Positions 11,119-19,749 of a stretch of 64,000 bases of DNA are shown here, piece by piece (within the stretch, counting starts at the first letter, position 1; each line of letters starts with the position of its first letter). Position numbers and translations under genes: made by a program. Source of the stretch: an uncultured Bifidobacteriaceae bacterium (lineage in GTDB: Bacteria > Verrucomicrobiota > Verrucomicrobiia > Limisphaerales > UBA11358); the NCBI GenBank assembly GCA_964532525.1, contig CAZHIM010000001.1, positions 274,530 through 338,529 of the forward strand, given 5' to 3'. A model generated the notes under the pieces. It was not told where the DNA came from. It made no database searches and saw nothing but the letters and a program-made list of their open reading frames with translations.

Positions 11119-11534
11119 GGGAGTCCTAAACTACCCCAACTGTGATATGTCTAAAGTCGGCTTCTGAGGGGTTTCTATCCGGACAACGCGGGTTGCCCGG
11201 GTCTCATTGGTCCCATGAACTCCAACCGCTGAAATTCAAAAACGCGCTCTGGCCGGCCGTGTCGAAACGCGGCGGAGCCGGAACGCCACCGTTTGCAGGT
11301 GGCTGCGGGGTTGCGGTGGAGCGAACAGAACCTGTTCCTCAAGCCGGCCGGTTTGGACAACCGGGCCGGAGACTTGGGGATGATGTGTACCGGTGAAAAA
11401 GTGAAAAGGCGCGGGCGCAACCCGCCGCCGGCGCGGCCAGAAGCCGCGGCCAGGCCATCCGCCATCCCCCCGGCGGCGCGCGGGGCGCGCTCCTGGCTCG
11501 GGTTCCATTTGGCGGTGGCGGGTTTCATGGGGTT

Positions 11535-13331
11535 TTAAAGGCTGCCGTTGGAGACCCCTTGCGAGAGATAGGTCAATTCCTGGTTGGTCTGCGCCTCGGC
11601 CGTCTCCATCGCCTGGAACTCGGAGTCCCAGGAATTTGTGTCGCTGGTGATTTTGGCTTCCAGATTGGAAATCTGAGTGGTGATGTCCGTGTTCTGCTGG
11701 GTGAGATCCGCCGTGCGGGTCGGCAGCGTGCCGTTCGCGCCGAGCGTGCTGGTGATGAAGGAGTTGATCCGGGTCGCCAAACCGCTGGTTGAATTGGAAA
11801 ACAGGGCCTCAACGTCGCTCAGGTTGGTGTTCAGCAGGGAAGCGATCGTGCTGGAGTCGCTCGTGGAAAGGGTGTTATTGCTGCCGTTGCTCGTGAATCC
11901 CAGGTCGGCCAATTGTGTGACGGTGCCGGAAGTTCCCGGAATATTCTCAACGGAGGCCATCAAGCTGCGCAGACTCGAGCCAATATCGGTGGTGGTTTCA
12001 TCGCCGGTCAGCGTGCCCGGAGTCACCGAGCCGGTGGACCCCGTGGTCACGGCTTGCTCGGTGCCGATGTAAGTCTGGAGCGTGTTGTAGTCCGAGACAA
12101 ATTGCTGGATGGTGTTGCTGATGGTCGCGGTGTCCATGCCGACACTGACCGTGGTGGAGCCCTTGGCTGCCGCGGTGACCGACAGTCCGGTGATGCCGGA
12201 ACTGGCGCTGCTGATGGTGTTGGACTGGCTGACGATCGGCTGCGCGCTGCCGTTCAGCGTATAGAGCAGGTTTTTCCCGTGGCTCAACGTGCCACCGGAC
12301 AATCCCGTGGCGTTCAGGAAATTGCCCGTGACATCCTGCATGGCTATTCCCACGTCGCCGGTGGTGGTGTTGGTGAGCACAAACCGGTTGTTGATCGAGT
12401 CATACGCGGCGCTCACGCCGGCGGTGGACTGATTGATGTTGTCCAGAATATCCTGAATGGTGTCCGTGCTGGCATTGAAATTAAAGGTCACCCCGTTAAT
12501 GATGAACTCGCCCTTGCCGTTGCCACCGTCGCTAATCGGAGTGTTCAAATCCGCGCCGGACATCACCCCCGAGGTGTTGACGCGCCCGAGCGCCGCGGTG
12601 CTCGTGATCGAGCCCGTGTTTTCGGTGCCGCTGCCGTTGTCATTGTAAAGCTGGGCCACCTGGAGGAAATTGCTGCTGTCGGCGGAGCTGCCGAGCGTGA
12701 TGGAACTGCCGTTGCTGCTCGTCAAACTGATCTTGTCCGTGGTGGCGCTATAACTGGCGCTCACCTGGTTGTTGGTGGCCTTGGCGATGGCATTGAACAC
12801 GTCCTGCAACGAATCGGTGGTGGCAATCGTCACCTGCGCCCCGTCCACCGTGAATGTGCCGGCCGTGACGGGCGTGGAAAATGAGGCGGAGCCGATCGTC
12901 ACCGTGCCGGGATCGCCGCCCGGGTCGAGCACCTGGCTCACATAGGTGGCGCCATTCAACTGCGCCGCCGTGGCGAGCTGGGTGATGTTGAAGGTATAAC
13001 TGCCGATGGCCGTCCCCGAGGCCTCCGCGCTAGCCACCATCGGATTGGTGCTGGCGGCCGTGACGCTGTTAAAAAAGGAAGGGTCCATCAGGGTTTCCGC
13101 ATCGAGCTGGAATGCGGACAGATCGCTGGAAATGGTGGAATAAGCGGATTGCTGCGCGGAGATGGTGGTCTGTTCGGCCTCCCACTGGGTTTCGGGCGCC
13201 CGCTCCGCGCTGGCCAATTCCGTGACAATGGTGGCCCAATCCAACCCCGAGGCCAAACCGGTAATCGCCAGGTTCGGGCTCGCGGAATGGGAGGCCAAAC
13301 CGCCAATGCCAAGCAATGTGCTCGATGCCAT
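11535..13331 (-). CDS. fliD: Flagellar filament cap protein FliD
   Basis: The N-terminus is LAITGLASGLDWATIVTELASAERAPETQWEAEQTTISAQQSAY. The C-terminus is TRTADLTQQNTDITTQISNLEAKITSDTNSWDSEFQAMETAEAQTN. The Ser/Thr-rich middle is typical. The ATG at 13331 (MASSTLLGIGG) is preferred, and the track start at 13403 is the alternative. Confidence 0.9.
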   Translation of the reverse strand: MASSTLLGIGGLASHSASPNLAITGLASGLDWATIVTELASAERAPETQWEAEQTTISAQQSAYSTISSDLSAFQLDAETLMDPSFFNSVTAASTNPMVASAEASGTAIGSYTFNITQLATAAQLNGATYVSQVLDPGGDPGTVTIGSASFSTPVTAGTFTVDGAQVTIATTDSLQDVFNAIAKATNNQVSASYSATTDKISLTSSNGSSITLGSSADSSNFLQVAQLYNDNGSGTENTGSITSTAALGRVNTSGVMSGADLNTPISDGGNGKGEFIINGVTFNFNASTDTIQDILDNINQSTAGVSAAYDSINNRFVLTNTTTGDVGIAMQDVTGNFLNATGLSGGTLSHGKNLLYTLNGSAQPIVSQSNTISSASSGITGLSVTAAAKGSTTVSVGMDTATISNTIQQFVSDYNTLQTYIGTEQAVTTGSTGSVTPGTLTGDETTTDIGSSLRSLMASVENIPGTSGTVTQLADLGFTSNGSNNTLSTSDSSTIASLLNTNLSDVEALFSNSTSGLATRINSFITSTLGANGTLPTRTADLTQQNTDITTQISNLEAKITSDTNSWDSEFQAMETAEAQTNQELTYLSQGVSNGSL

Positions 13332-13403
13332 AAGGTCGTATCGGCTGAAGTGGGATCCCGCTTGAATCCTTTTTGCCCGTGTCAAGCGCCAGACCTGCCT
13401 CAT

Positions 13404-13443
13404 TGAAAAATCGAGCCCGGGCGGCGCACCCGCGCCGCCCGGG
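13404..13443 (-). terminator. Rho-independent terminator downstream of flagellin 1
   Basis: A 12-bp perfect GC stem, CCCGGGCGGCGC (13416-13427) / GCGCCGCCCGGG (13432-13443), has a 4-nt loop. On the minus strand it is followed by CTCGATTTTTC. Confidence 0.7.
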
Positions 13444-13473
13444 AATTTTCACCGGTAGAACTGGACCGCCGGC

Positions 13474-14277
13474 TTACGACAGCAGGCGGAGCAGTGACTG
13501 GGGCATCGCGTTGGCCTGCGCCAACATCGCGGTGCTGGATTGCACCAGGATGTTCTCCTTGGCGTAGTTCGTGCTCTCCGTGGCCACATCCACGTCCGTG
13601 ATCTGGCTTGTGGCGGCCTGGAGGTTGTTGTTCAGCGCGCTGAGCTGGTTGTTGTAATAACCCAGCGTCTCTTCGTTGGCACCAATGGTGGCGCGGTCGG
13701 AAGCGAGTTGCTGAATGCCCTTTTCCGTGTCGGTTACCGCCTTCACCGCACCGCTCACCGACGTAATGTCGTCACCGGTCGCCGTCGTGTAGGTGGTGGC
13801 CGTGAGCTTCACCCCCTGGTTGGAGAACGAGCCGCCCTGACCGTCCGTGGTCACGCTGAGGGCGCTGCCGTCAAACAAGCTCACCCCGTTGAACGACTGC
13901 TTGGCCACGTTGTTGATGTACGAGCCGAGCGTGCTGTATTCCTGTTGGTACAAGGCGCGGTCGGTGGTGGTCTTGGTCACGTCCTGGGCCTGGACCGCCA
14001 GTTCGCTCATACGGGACAGCGCCGTATTGACCTGTTGCAGGTAACCGTCCTGGGTTTGGTTGAACGAGATGGCGTTGTTGACGTTGTCCTGGGCGGCCGT
14101 GGTACGGGCCGATTGCGCGGACAGCTTCATGGACACCGCCAGACCGGCGGGATCGTCCGAAGGCGAGGTGATTTGGGAACCAGAAGAAAGACGCGCCAGC
14201 GAGTTGCTCAATTTCGCGCTGTTCGTGTCCAGTTGGGTTGCGGCGTTTAGTGCGGATATGTTTGTATTAATGACCAT
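13474..14277 (-). CDS. fliC: Flagellin (267 aa, short type without D2/D3)
   Basis: MVINTNISALNAATQL...RLSSGSQITSPSDDPAGLAVS...IGANEETLGYYNNQLSALNNNLQAATSQITDVDVATESTNYAKENILVQSSTAMLAQANAMPQSLLRLLS. A GGAAGGAG SD lies 6 nt upstream of the ATG at 14277. The track start at 14364 is a spurious extension. Confidence 0.95.
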   Translation of the reverse strand: MVINTNISALNAATQLDTNSAKLSNSLARLSSGSQITSPSDDPAGLAVSMKLSAQSARTTAAQDNVNNAISFNQTQDGYLQQVNTALSRMSELAVQAQDVTKTTTDRALYQQEYSTLGSYINNVAKQSFNGVSLFDGSALSVTTDGQGGSFSNQGVKLTATTYTTATGDDITSVSGAVKAVTDTEKGIQQLASDRATIGANEETLGYYNNQLSALNNNLQAATSQITDVDVATESTNYAKENILVQSSTAMLAQANAMPQSLLRLLS

Positions 14278-14472
14278 AACTGACTCCTTCCATGAGTCAC
14301 CCCTTACGGGGAGATGTTTTGTTAAACGGCATCCCTGCCGGTAGGCGGGTTTTGTTGAGGGCACCCACCCGGTTTTTCCCTCCGGCTATTTGCGGCCGCC
14401 GGAAACCGTTTTACTACTTCAACAGGGTCTTCCGGTGAACCACACCGGGAAACTTTCTGCCGAACATCTTTG

Positions 14473-14499
14473 GTATCGGCACCCCGGGCGGGGACTTTA
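14473..14499 (-). promoter_or_regulatory. Sigma28 (FliA)-type promoter for flagellin 1
   Basis: The minus strand reads TAAA-gtccccgcccggggt(15)-GCCGATAC, against the consensus TAAA-N15-GCCGATAA. It lies about 195 nt upstream of the ATG. Confidence 0.7.
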
Positions 14500-14607
14500 G
14501 CCGGTTTGAGAGTTTTTAAGCGAAGCGTGACCGGGCCCCCGGGCCGCGAAGAGCTGGGAAGTGTGAGCGCAGACCGGATGCGCCGCCGCTGCGGCTTCGG
14601 TCGGGCC

Positions 14608-16485
14608 TCAGGTTTTCCGGCGGGGTTGGTCCGGCGCGGGCACCAGGACCACATGGGCCGGGCCGGACGGCGGCGTGGCGAGCGAACGCGTCCACCGCGT
14701 GGCCTCGCCCGCCACCGGCACAAAGCCGCTGCGGCTGAAGACGTGCCGGCAGGCCACATTGGCATCCGTGGGCACCAGCCGGCCGGTCATGGCCGCCTGG
14801 CCTTCGGCGGCAAACTGGCGCGCCAACTCGGCCAGAAATGCTTCCTCAATTCCCAGGCCCAGCGCGCGGCAACTCATGACCCAATGCTCAACGCAGTTTC
14901 CCGTCACCCAGGCGGCGCCGATGAGGCCATATTGCGTAAAACGATCCTCGGCTTCGATGACGTGCAACTGGCGGCCGGCGGCCAGATACTCATCGCACTG
15001 CGCCAACGTGTAGCGCGCGCCCACCGTGTTGAACTGGTTGGTCTTGTTGAACAGTTCCAGCGCCCGGTTCAGGTTCACACTCTTCAGGTCCCGAATCTGG
15101 TAAACCGACACGCGCAGCTTCAGCGCGCGCAGAAATTCCTCCGGCGACACCGATTGCCGGACGGCCTCGCGCTGCAACTGGGCCCGCACCATCGCGGTCT
15201 TCCGGCCTGATTCCCGGGTGATGACCGGCTGCTGCGTTTCCGGCGACCAGAGCAAAATGCGTTTGAGGTAATAAACGTGGCGGCCCAGCACGCGCACCCC
15301 CGGAAGCTGTTGCTGGATGGCCGCCCGCTCCGCCGGATGGTCATCCACCATCACCACATTTTGGGGGCGCAAATTCACTTCCCGGATGATCTCGGCGAGA
15401 TTCTGCGCCTTGCTTTCGAAATTGATTTTACGGATCGCAAAATCCTCCAGTTTGATCTGCCCGCCCACCATCCGGCTCCAGTTGGCTTGGATGAACGCCT
15501 CGTCGTTCTTGCTGACAATGGCCAGGATGATGCCGCGTTTCTTGAGGTAAAGCAGCGTCTCCATAAACCCCATCGGCCACCCTTCCGCCACGCCCAGCGT
15601 GCCTTCCGCGGCCACCCCGCGCCAAAGCGTGTCGTCCAGATCCACCGCCACCAGCTTGACGGCATCCACTGGCAGCGTGGTCCGGTACATCGCAAAAACC
15701 TCGTGCAGCAGCGCCTCGTAAAACTCCAGCCAGCGCGCCACGTAATGCTCCTGCATGGCGGCCGGCGGCTCGATGCGGTTCAAATCGTGATCGTGGTCGC
15801 CATCGCTCAACGTCGTCCCGTGGGTGAAGGACCACACCGCATCGTCCTGGCAGGCCTTTTTGCCGATGCTCGCGGCCACCTGGTCCGTGTCCACCCAGTA
15901 CGCGTTCTGGTATCGCGCCGTTTCGGCCGCCAGAAACTGGTTCAGCCGCTCGATGAAATGCATGACATTGCGCAAATCGTAGCGCGCCTGAAACCGGCCC
16001 AGCGGATTTTGCTGGGGCACCAAAAACCCCAGCACGAAAGTCAGGAGCTTGCGCTCGACATTCCATTTGATCGCATTGGCCAGATAGCGCGCGAGATGGT
16101 CCTGCGTCTGGCGCAGGAATTCCTCGTGCTCCGAGCCGTCATCCGGAAGCTGGAAATAGGCGTTGCCCAAAATGGACCGCAGCGGGATATGGATGATCTG
16201 GAAGGCGTAGGGCGCCGCCGGCTCCGGCGGCAGTTCCGGGAACCTGTCGAAATTGTTCAGCAACAGAAAATCGCCCTTCAACTGCGGGGCGATCATCGCG
16301 GCGATTTCGGGGAACGGCTGCGCCAGGCAACCGCCCACCACGAGGAACCGGGCCGGAGGCGTGGCCGTGACCTGCAAGTCCAGGGGCGTCCGGTAACGGG
16401 AGCCATTGTGCTGCGCGAACAGCGCCGGTTCCACCTTCAACAACCGGGGCGCCGCGGACGCGGACGTTGGAGCCGGGACATTCAT
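14608..16485 (-). CDS. FkbH-like HAD-IIIC phosphatase-family protein with a C-terminal GNAT-like domain
   Basis: HAD motif I is VAVDLDDTLWRG. The sequence continues LKKRGIILAIVSKNDEAF...VVMVDDHPAERA. The C-terminal part is IEAEDRFTQYGLIGAAWV...VMSCRALGLGIEEAFLAELA. The ATG at 16485 (MNVPAPTS) is preferred, because the upstream part of the track ORF is compositionally non-coding. Confidence 0.75.
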   Translation of the reverse strand: MNVPAPTSASAAPRLLKVEPALFAQHNGSRYRTPLDLQVTATPPARFLVVGGCLAQPFPEIAAMIAPQLKGDFLLLNNFDRFPELPPEPAAPYAFQIIHIPLRSILGNAYFQLPDDGSEHEEFLRQTQDHLARYLANAIKWNVERKLLTFVLGFLVPQQNPLGRFQARYDLRNVMHFIERLNQFLAAETARYQNAYWVDTDQVAASIGKKACQDDAVWSFTHGTTLSDGDHDHDLNRIEPPAAMQEHYVARWLEFYEALLHEVFAMYRTTLPVDAVKLVAVDLDDTLWRGVAAEGTLGVAEGWPMGFMETLLYLKKRGIILAIVSKNDEAFIQANWSRMVGGQIKLEDFAIRKINFESKAQNLAEIIREVNLRPQNVVMVDDHPAERAAIQQQLPGVRVLGRHVYYLKRILLWSPETQQPVITRESGRKTAMVRAQLQREAVRQSVSPEEFLRALKLRVSVYQIRDLKSVNLNRALELFNKTNQFNTVGARYTLAQCDEYLAAGRQLHVIEAEDRFTQYGLIGAAWVTGNCVEHWVMSCRALGLGIEEAFLAELARQFAAEGQAAMTGRLVPTDANVACRHVFSRSGFVPVAGEATRWTRSLATPPSGPAHVVLVPAPDQPRRKT

Positions 16486-16918
16486 GCGGCTGGCGCCGGC
16501 GCCAGACCGCGGCGGCGCGGGGCGGGGAACGGAGGACGGACAAATGTCATGCGTAAAATGTATTCGTGAATTCCCGCCCGGCAAGCGCCGGCAACGGGGT
16601 TTCGGAAACGGTCGCGCCCGGATGGGCGTTGCCCGGGTGCCGGTGGGAATGTTCCCCTCGTGGAAATCCCCGCCGCAGGCAGCCTCCGAATCCGGTGGCG
16701 GGTGACGGGTCGTCATTCCCGCCGGCCTCTGGCGTGGGCGTCCGGGGGCTTGCCGATTGGCCCCGTTTACGGACTTGGCCGCCGGCTTTTCGGCCGGCGG
16801 CCGTTCCTGACTGTTCTGCTTTTGGGCGGACTGGCTCCTTCCCCGGACGTTGCTACCACTCGGAACGCCCGGACGGCAGTCGCCGCCCGGGCTTTGCCCA
16901 GCGGCAGAAATCTGCCTG

Positions 16919-17722
16919 TTAGCTCAGGAGCTTCAGCACCGACTGCGGCATCGAGTTGGCTTGCGCCAGCATCGCCGTGCCCGTCTGCACCAGGATGTTC
17001 TCCTTGGCGTAGGTGGTGCTTTCCGTGGCCACATCCACGTCCGCAATCTGGCTGTTTGCCGCCTGCAGGTTGTTGCCCAGCGCTGAAAGCTGGTTGCTGT
17101 AGTACGAGAGGCTTTCCTCGTTGGCCCCGATGTTCGCGCGATCCGATGCGAGCTGGTCAATCGCCTTCTCGGTGTCGCTAACGGACTTCTGCGCGCCGCT
17201 GACGGACGTGATGTCATCGCCCGTCGCCGTCGTGTACGTGGCGCTGCTCAGTTTCATGCCCGCCATGCCAAACGTGTCGCCATTGGGATCGGTGGTCACA
17301 TTAAGCGTCGTGCCGTCGAACAGGCTCACGCCGTTGAACGACTGGGTGGACACGTTGTTGATGTAGGCGCCGAGGGCGCTGTACTCCTGCTGGTACAACG
17401 CGCGGTCGTTGGTGGTTTTGGTGACGTCCTGCGCCTCCACGGCCAGTTCGCTCATGCGTGAAAGGGCGGTGTTGACTTGTTGCAGGTAGCCATCCTGGGT
17501 CTGGCTGAACGACGTGGCGTCCGCCACGTTGTTCGAGGCCGCGGTGACGCGGGCCGTTTCCGAGGTTAACTGCATTGAGACGGCCAGCCCGGCCGGATCA
17601 TCCGCCGGCGAAGTGATCTGGGAACCAGAGGAGAGGCGTTGGAGGGATTGGCTGAGGGAGGCCTGGGATTGCATCAACTGCGCCGCAGCATTCAGCGCCG
17701 AGATATTCGTATTAATGACCAT
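16919..17722 (-). CDS. fliC: Flagellin paralog (267 aa)
   Basis: MVINTNISALNAAAQL...DDPAGLAVSMQL...DVDVATESTTYAKENILVQTGTAMLAQANSMPQSVLKLLS. It is the same length as flagellin 1 and roughly three quarters identical by eye. GGAAAGAG precedes the ATG at 17722. Confidence 0.95.
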   Translation of the reverse strand: MVINTNISALNAAAQLMQSQASLSQSLQRLSSGSQITSPADDPAGLAVSMQLTSETARVTAASNNVADATSFSQTQDGYLQQVNTALSRMSELAVEAQDVTKTTNDRALYQQEYSALGAYINNVSTQSFNGVSLFDGTTLNVTTDPNGDTFGMAGMKLSSATYTTATGDDITSVSGAQKSVSDTEKAIDQLASDRANIGANEESLSYYSNQLSALGNNLQAANSQIADVDVATESTTYAKENILVQTGTAMLAQANSMPQSVLKLLS

Positions 17723-17868
17723 AACTAACTCTTTCCGTGAGTCGCCCCGGGAGGAGCATTTGATTTGCGCAACATCCATGTTGCGGGTGTTTCATTCCGG
17801 GGCGAAACACCGTTTTTCCCCGTCAGCTCTTAGAGGCTGCTGGCCGCCATTGTCTTGCGACAGCACTT

Positions 17869-17894
17869 TTATCGGATGAAATGGCCGGCACTTA
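17869..17894 (-). promoter_or_regulatory. Sigma28-type promoter for flagellin 2
   Basis: The minus strand reads TAAG-tgccggccatttcat(15)-CCGATAAA, about 145 nt upstream of the ATG. Confidence 0.6.
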
Positions 17895-17985
17895 AATCTT
17901 CCGTGAAAATATTTCGGCGCTGCACGATGGACAAACGGCCCCGTTTCGCCCAAAATGAATTCGCCAGATCACTTCAGATGTTTCG

Positions 17986-19176
17986 ATGAAACCAGATGCC
18001 GCATTTCGTTCCCAGGATTCCGGGCGGGAATTGAAATCCAATTTCCAGTCCCTGCCGGGTGGTAACCCCGCGCCGCGGCTCCTCTTTGACGGTTTCCCGG
18101 GCATGGCCTACCTGGCCCGGACCGACCGCGGGCGGACCATTGAACTGGCCGGCGCCGGCTGCCAGGCGCTGCTCGGTTTCAAGCCGGACCACCAGGGCTT
18201 TGCCCTGGCGCCGCTGATCCACCCGGACGAGCGCGAGCAGGTGCTGGATGTGGTGAATTCCGCCGTGGCCGAAAATCATTCCTTTGCCATCGAATACCGC
18301 CTGCGCCATGCCAGCGGCGCGTGGCGGACGGTGTGGGAGCAGGGCCGGCCCGTCCCCCACGGGCAGCAACCGGCCGTGCAGGGGCAATTGCTGGACGTCA
18401 CCCAGCGCATCCAGCGGGAGCAGGCCCGTCTGGCCACGGAACTCCGGTTGTGGCACGCGCGAAAATTCCAGGTTCTCAACCAGCTCGCCGGCGGGGTGGC
18501 CCACGAGTTCAATAATCTCATCGCCGGCGTTCTCGGCAGCGCCGAACTGCTGGCCTTGGACCTGCCCGAAAAAAGCCCCGGCCAGGAAACGCTCAAGCAG
18601 ATTTTCGAGTCCAGCAACCTCGCGCGCGATTTTATCCACAAGCTCCGCGCCCTGGGCCAGCGCCCGCCCCTGGAGCTCAAACCCATCCGCCTGCAACCGG
18701 TGATCGAGGAATGCCTCCAGATCCTGCGCACGATCATTCCCGCCAAGGTGGAGCTCCAGGCCCAGATCAACGCCGACTGCCCCCGCGTGAACGCCGACGC
18801 CGCCCAAATGCACCAAGCCATCCTGGATCTGTGCCTTTACGCCTGGCAGGGACTGGCGGACCGGCGGGGCCGCCTCCGGATCTCGCTGGAGAATTGTCCC
18901 GTCGTCCGGCCGCCGGCCGGGACCATTAGCCTGCTGCAGCCGGGCCCGCATGTCCATTTCCAGCTCCAGGATGACAGCCCCGGACTGGACAAGAACGTGC
19001 GGGAACATCTTTTCCACCCGTTCCGCACGCGGCGGGCGGGTGGCACCAAAGTGGGGCTGGAACTGTTTCTCGTCCGGGAAACCATCCATGGACATCAGGG
19101 GGAAATCTTCCTGGAAAGCGAGCTGGGGCACGGCCTCACCTTCCATGTTTACCTGCCCGTGACCGGCGAAAAATAA
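17986..19176 (+). CDS. PAS-domain sensor histidine kinase
   Basis: The PAS region is GMAYLARTDRGRTIELAGAGCQALLGFKP...FAIEYRLRHASGAWRTVWEQGRPV. The HisKA H-box is LAGGVAHEFNNLIAGVLG. The HATPase part is GTKVGLELFLVRETIHGHQGEIFLESELGHGLTFHVYLP. The gene is divergent from flagellin 2. Confidence 0.9.
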   Translation: MKPDAAFRSQDSGRELKSNFQSLPGGNPAPRLLFDGFPGMAYLARTDRGRTIELAGAGCQALLGFKPDHQGFALAPLIHPDEREQVLDVVNSAVAENHSFAIEYRLRHASGAWRTVWEQGRPVPHGQQPAVQGQLLDVTQRIQREQARLATELRLWHARKFQVLNQLAGGVAHEFNNLIAGVLGSAELLALDLPEKSPGQETLKQIFESSNLARDFIHKLRALGQRPPLELKPIRLQPVIEECLQILRTIIPAKVELQAQINADCPRVNADAAQMHQAILDLCLYAWQGLADRRGRLRISLENCPVVRPPAGTISLLQPGPHVHFQLQDDSPGLDKNVREHLFHPFRTRRAGGTKVGLELFLVRETIHGHQGEIFLESELGHGLTFHVYLPVTGEK

Positions 19177-19271
19177 CGCGCGCCGCCGCGACGGGCGGCG
19201 CTGCATCACACCTTGGCGCGCTGGACATCAACGCGCCATAACCTTCCCTCGCCAAACCCGCGGCGTCACCG

Positions 19272-19691
19272 TTATTTGGGCGCGACCGCGGGAGCGTTGG
19301 TGGCGGCCGGCGCCGGCGCCGGCGCTTCCGCCTTCTTCGGGCCGCCGATTCTTACGAGCGTGGCGGTGGCCTTGCCCGCATCGTCCTTCAGACAGTAGCC
19401 ATGGACGGCTGCCCCCACGGTGATGTCACTGAAGACCGCCGGCTTGCCTTCCTTGGTGATCTTGGTGGCCGAGGTGATGGCATACGTCGTGTTGGCAACG
19501 GTGAAGGTCATGGCGTTGGCATCCACCGCGGCGACCTTGCCATGGTAGGGAAGTCCGTGTGGTTTTTTAGGAACGGGAGTTTCGGCGGCCGGGGCGTTGG
19601 TGGAATCAGCCGCCCGGCTGATGGCGGGCGTGGCGGCGAGGGCCGCGGCGATGAACGCGCAACAGGCGATACTGGTTAACTTGGTTTTCAT
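19272..19691 (-). CDS. Small secreted protein of unknown function
   Basis: The ATG at 19691 gives MKTKLTSIACCAFIAAALAATPAISRA/ADS, a signal peptide. A beta-rich core (KVAAVDANAMTFTV..ITKEGKP..ITVGAAVHGY) and an Ala/Pro tail follow. Confidence 0.5.
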   Translation of the reverse strand: MKTKLTSIACCAFIAAALAATPAISRAADSTNAPAAETPVPKKPHGLPYHGKVAAVDANAMTFTVANTTYAITSATKITKEGKPAVFSDITVGAAVHGYCLKDDAGKATATLVRIGGPKKAEAPAPAPAATNAPAVAPK

Positions 19692-19749
19692 GTTCTGTTT
19701 TTGGTTGTGGTTTGCTTGACGACAGCCTTTCAAGCACCGGGGCCGCGAA

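Noticed and set aside
16486-16716. 77-codon 5' extension of the FkbH-like ORF in the track, with similar extensions on many other minus-strand genes (for example 14278-14364, 17723-17779, 19692-19859, 21808-22065, 34025-34180, 35598-35939, 41492-41740, 42499-42987, 48984-49127, 53177-53479, 56293-56655, 57204-57833)
   Set aside because: The extensions are Arg/Pro/Gly-rich, often overlap the upstream gene, and precede internal ATGs. Those ATGs give signal peptides, SD sequences or ATGA stop-start coupling, so I used the internal starts.
19178-19201. GC hairpin GCGCCGCC-gcgacg-GGCGGCGC after the PAS kinase, considered as a terminator
   Set aside because: No U-tract lies on either strand, and such short GC palindromes are frequent in this composition.
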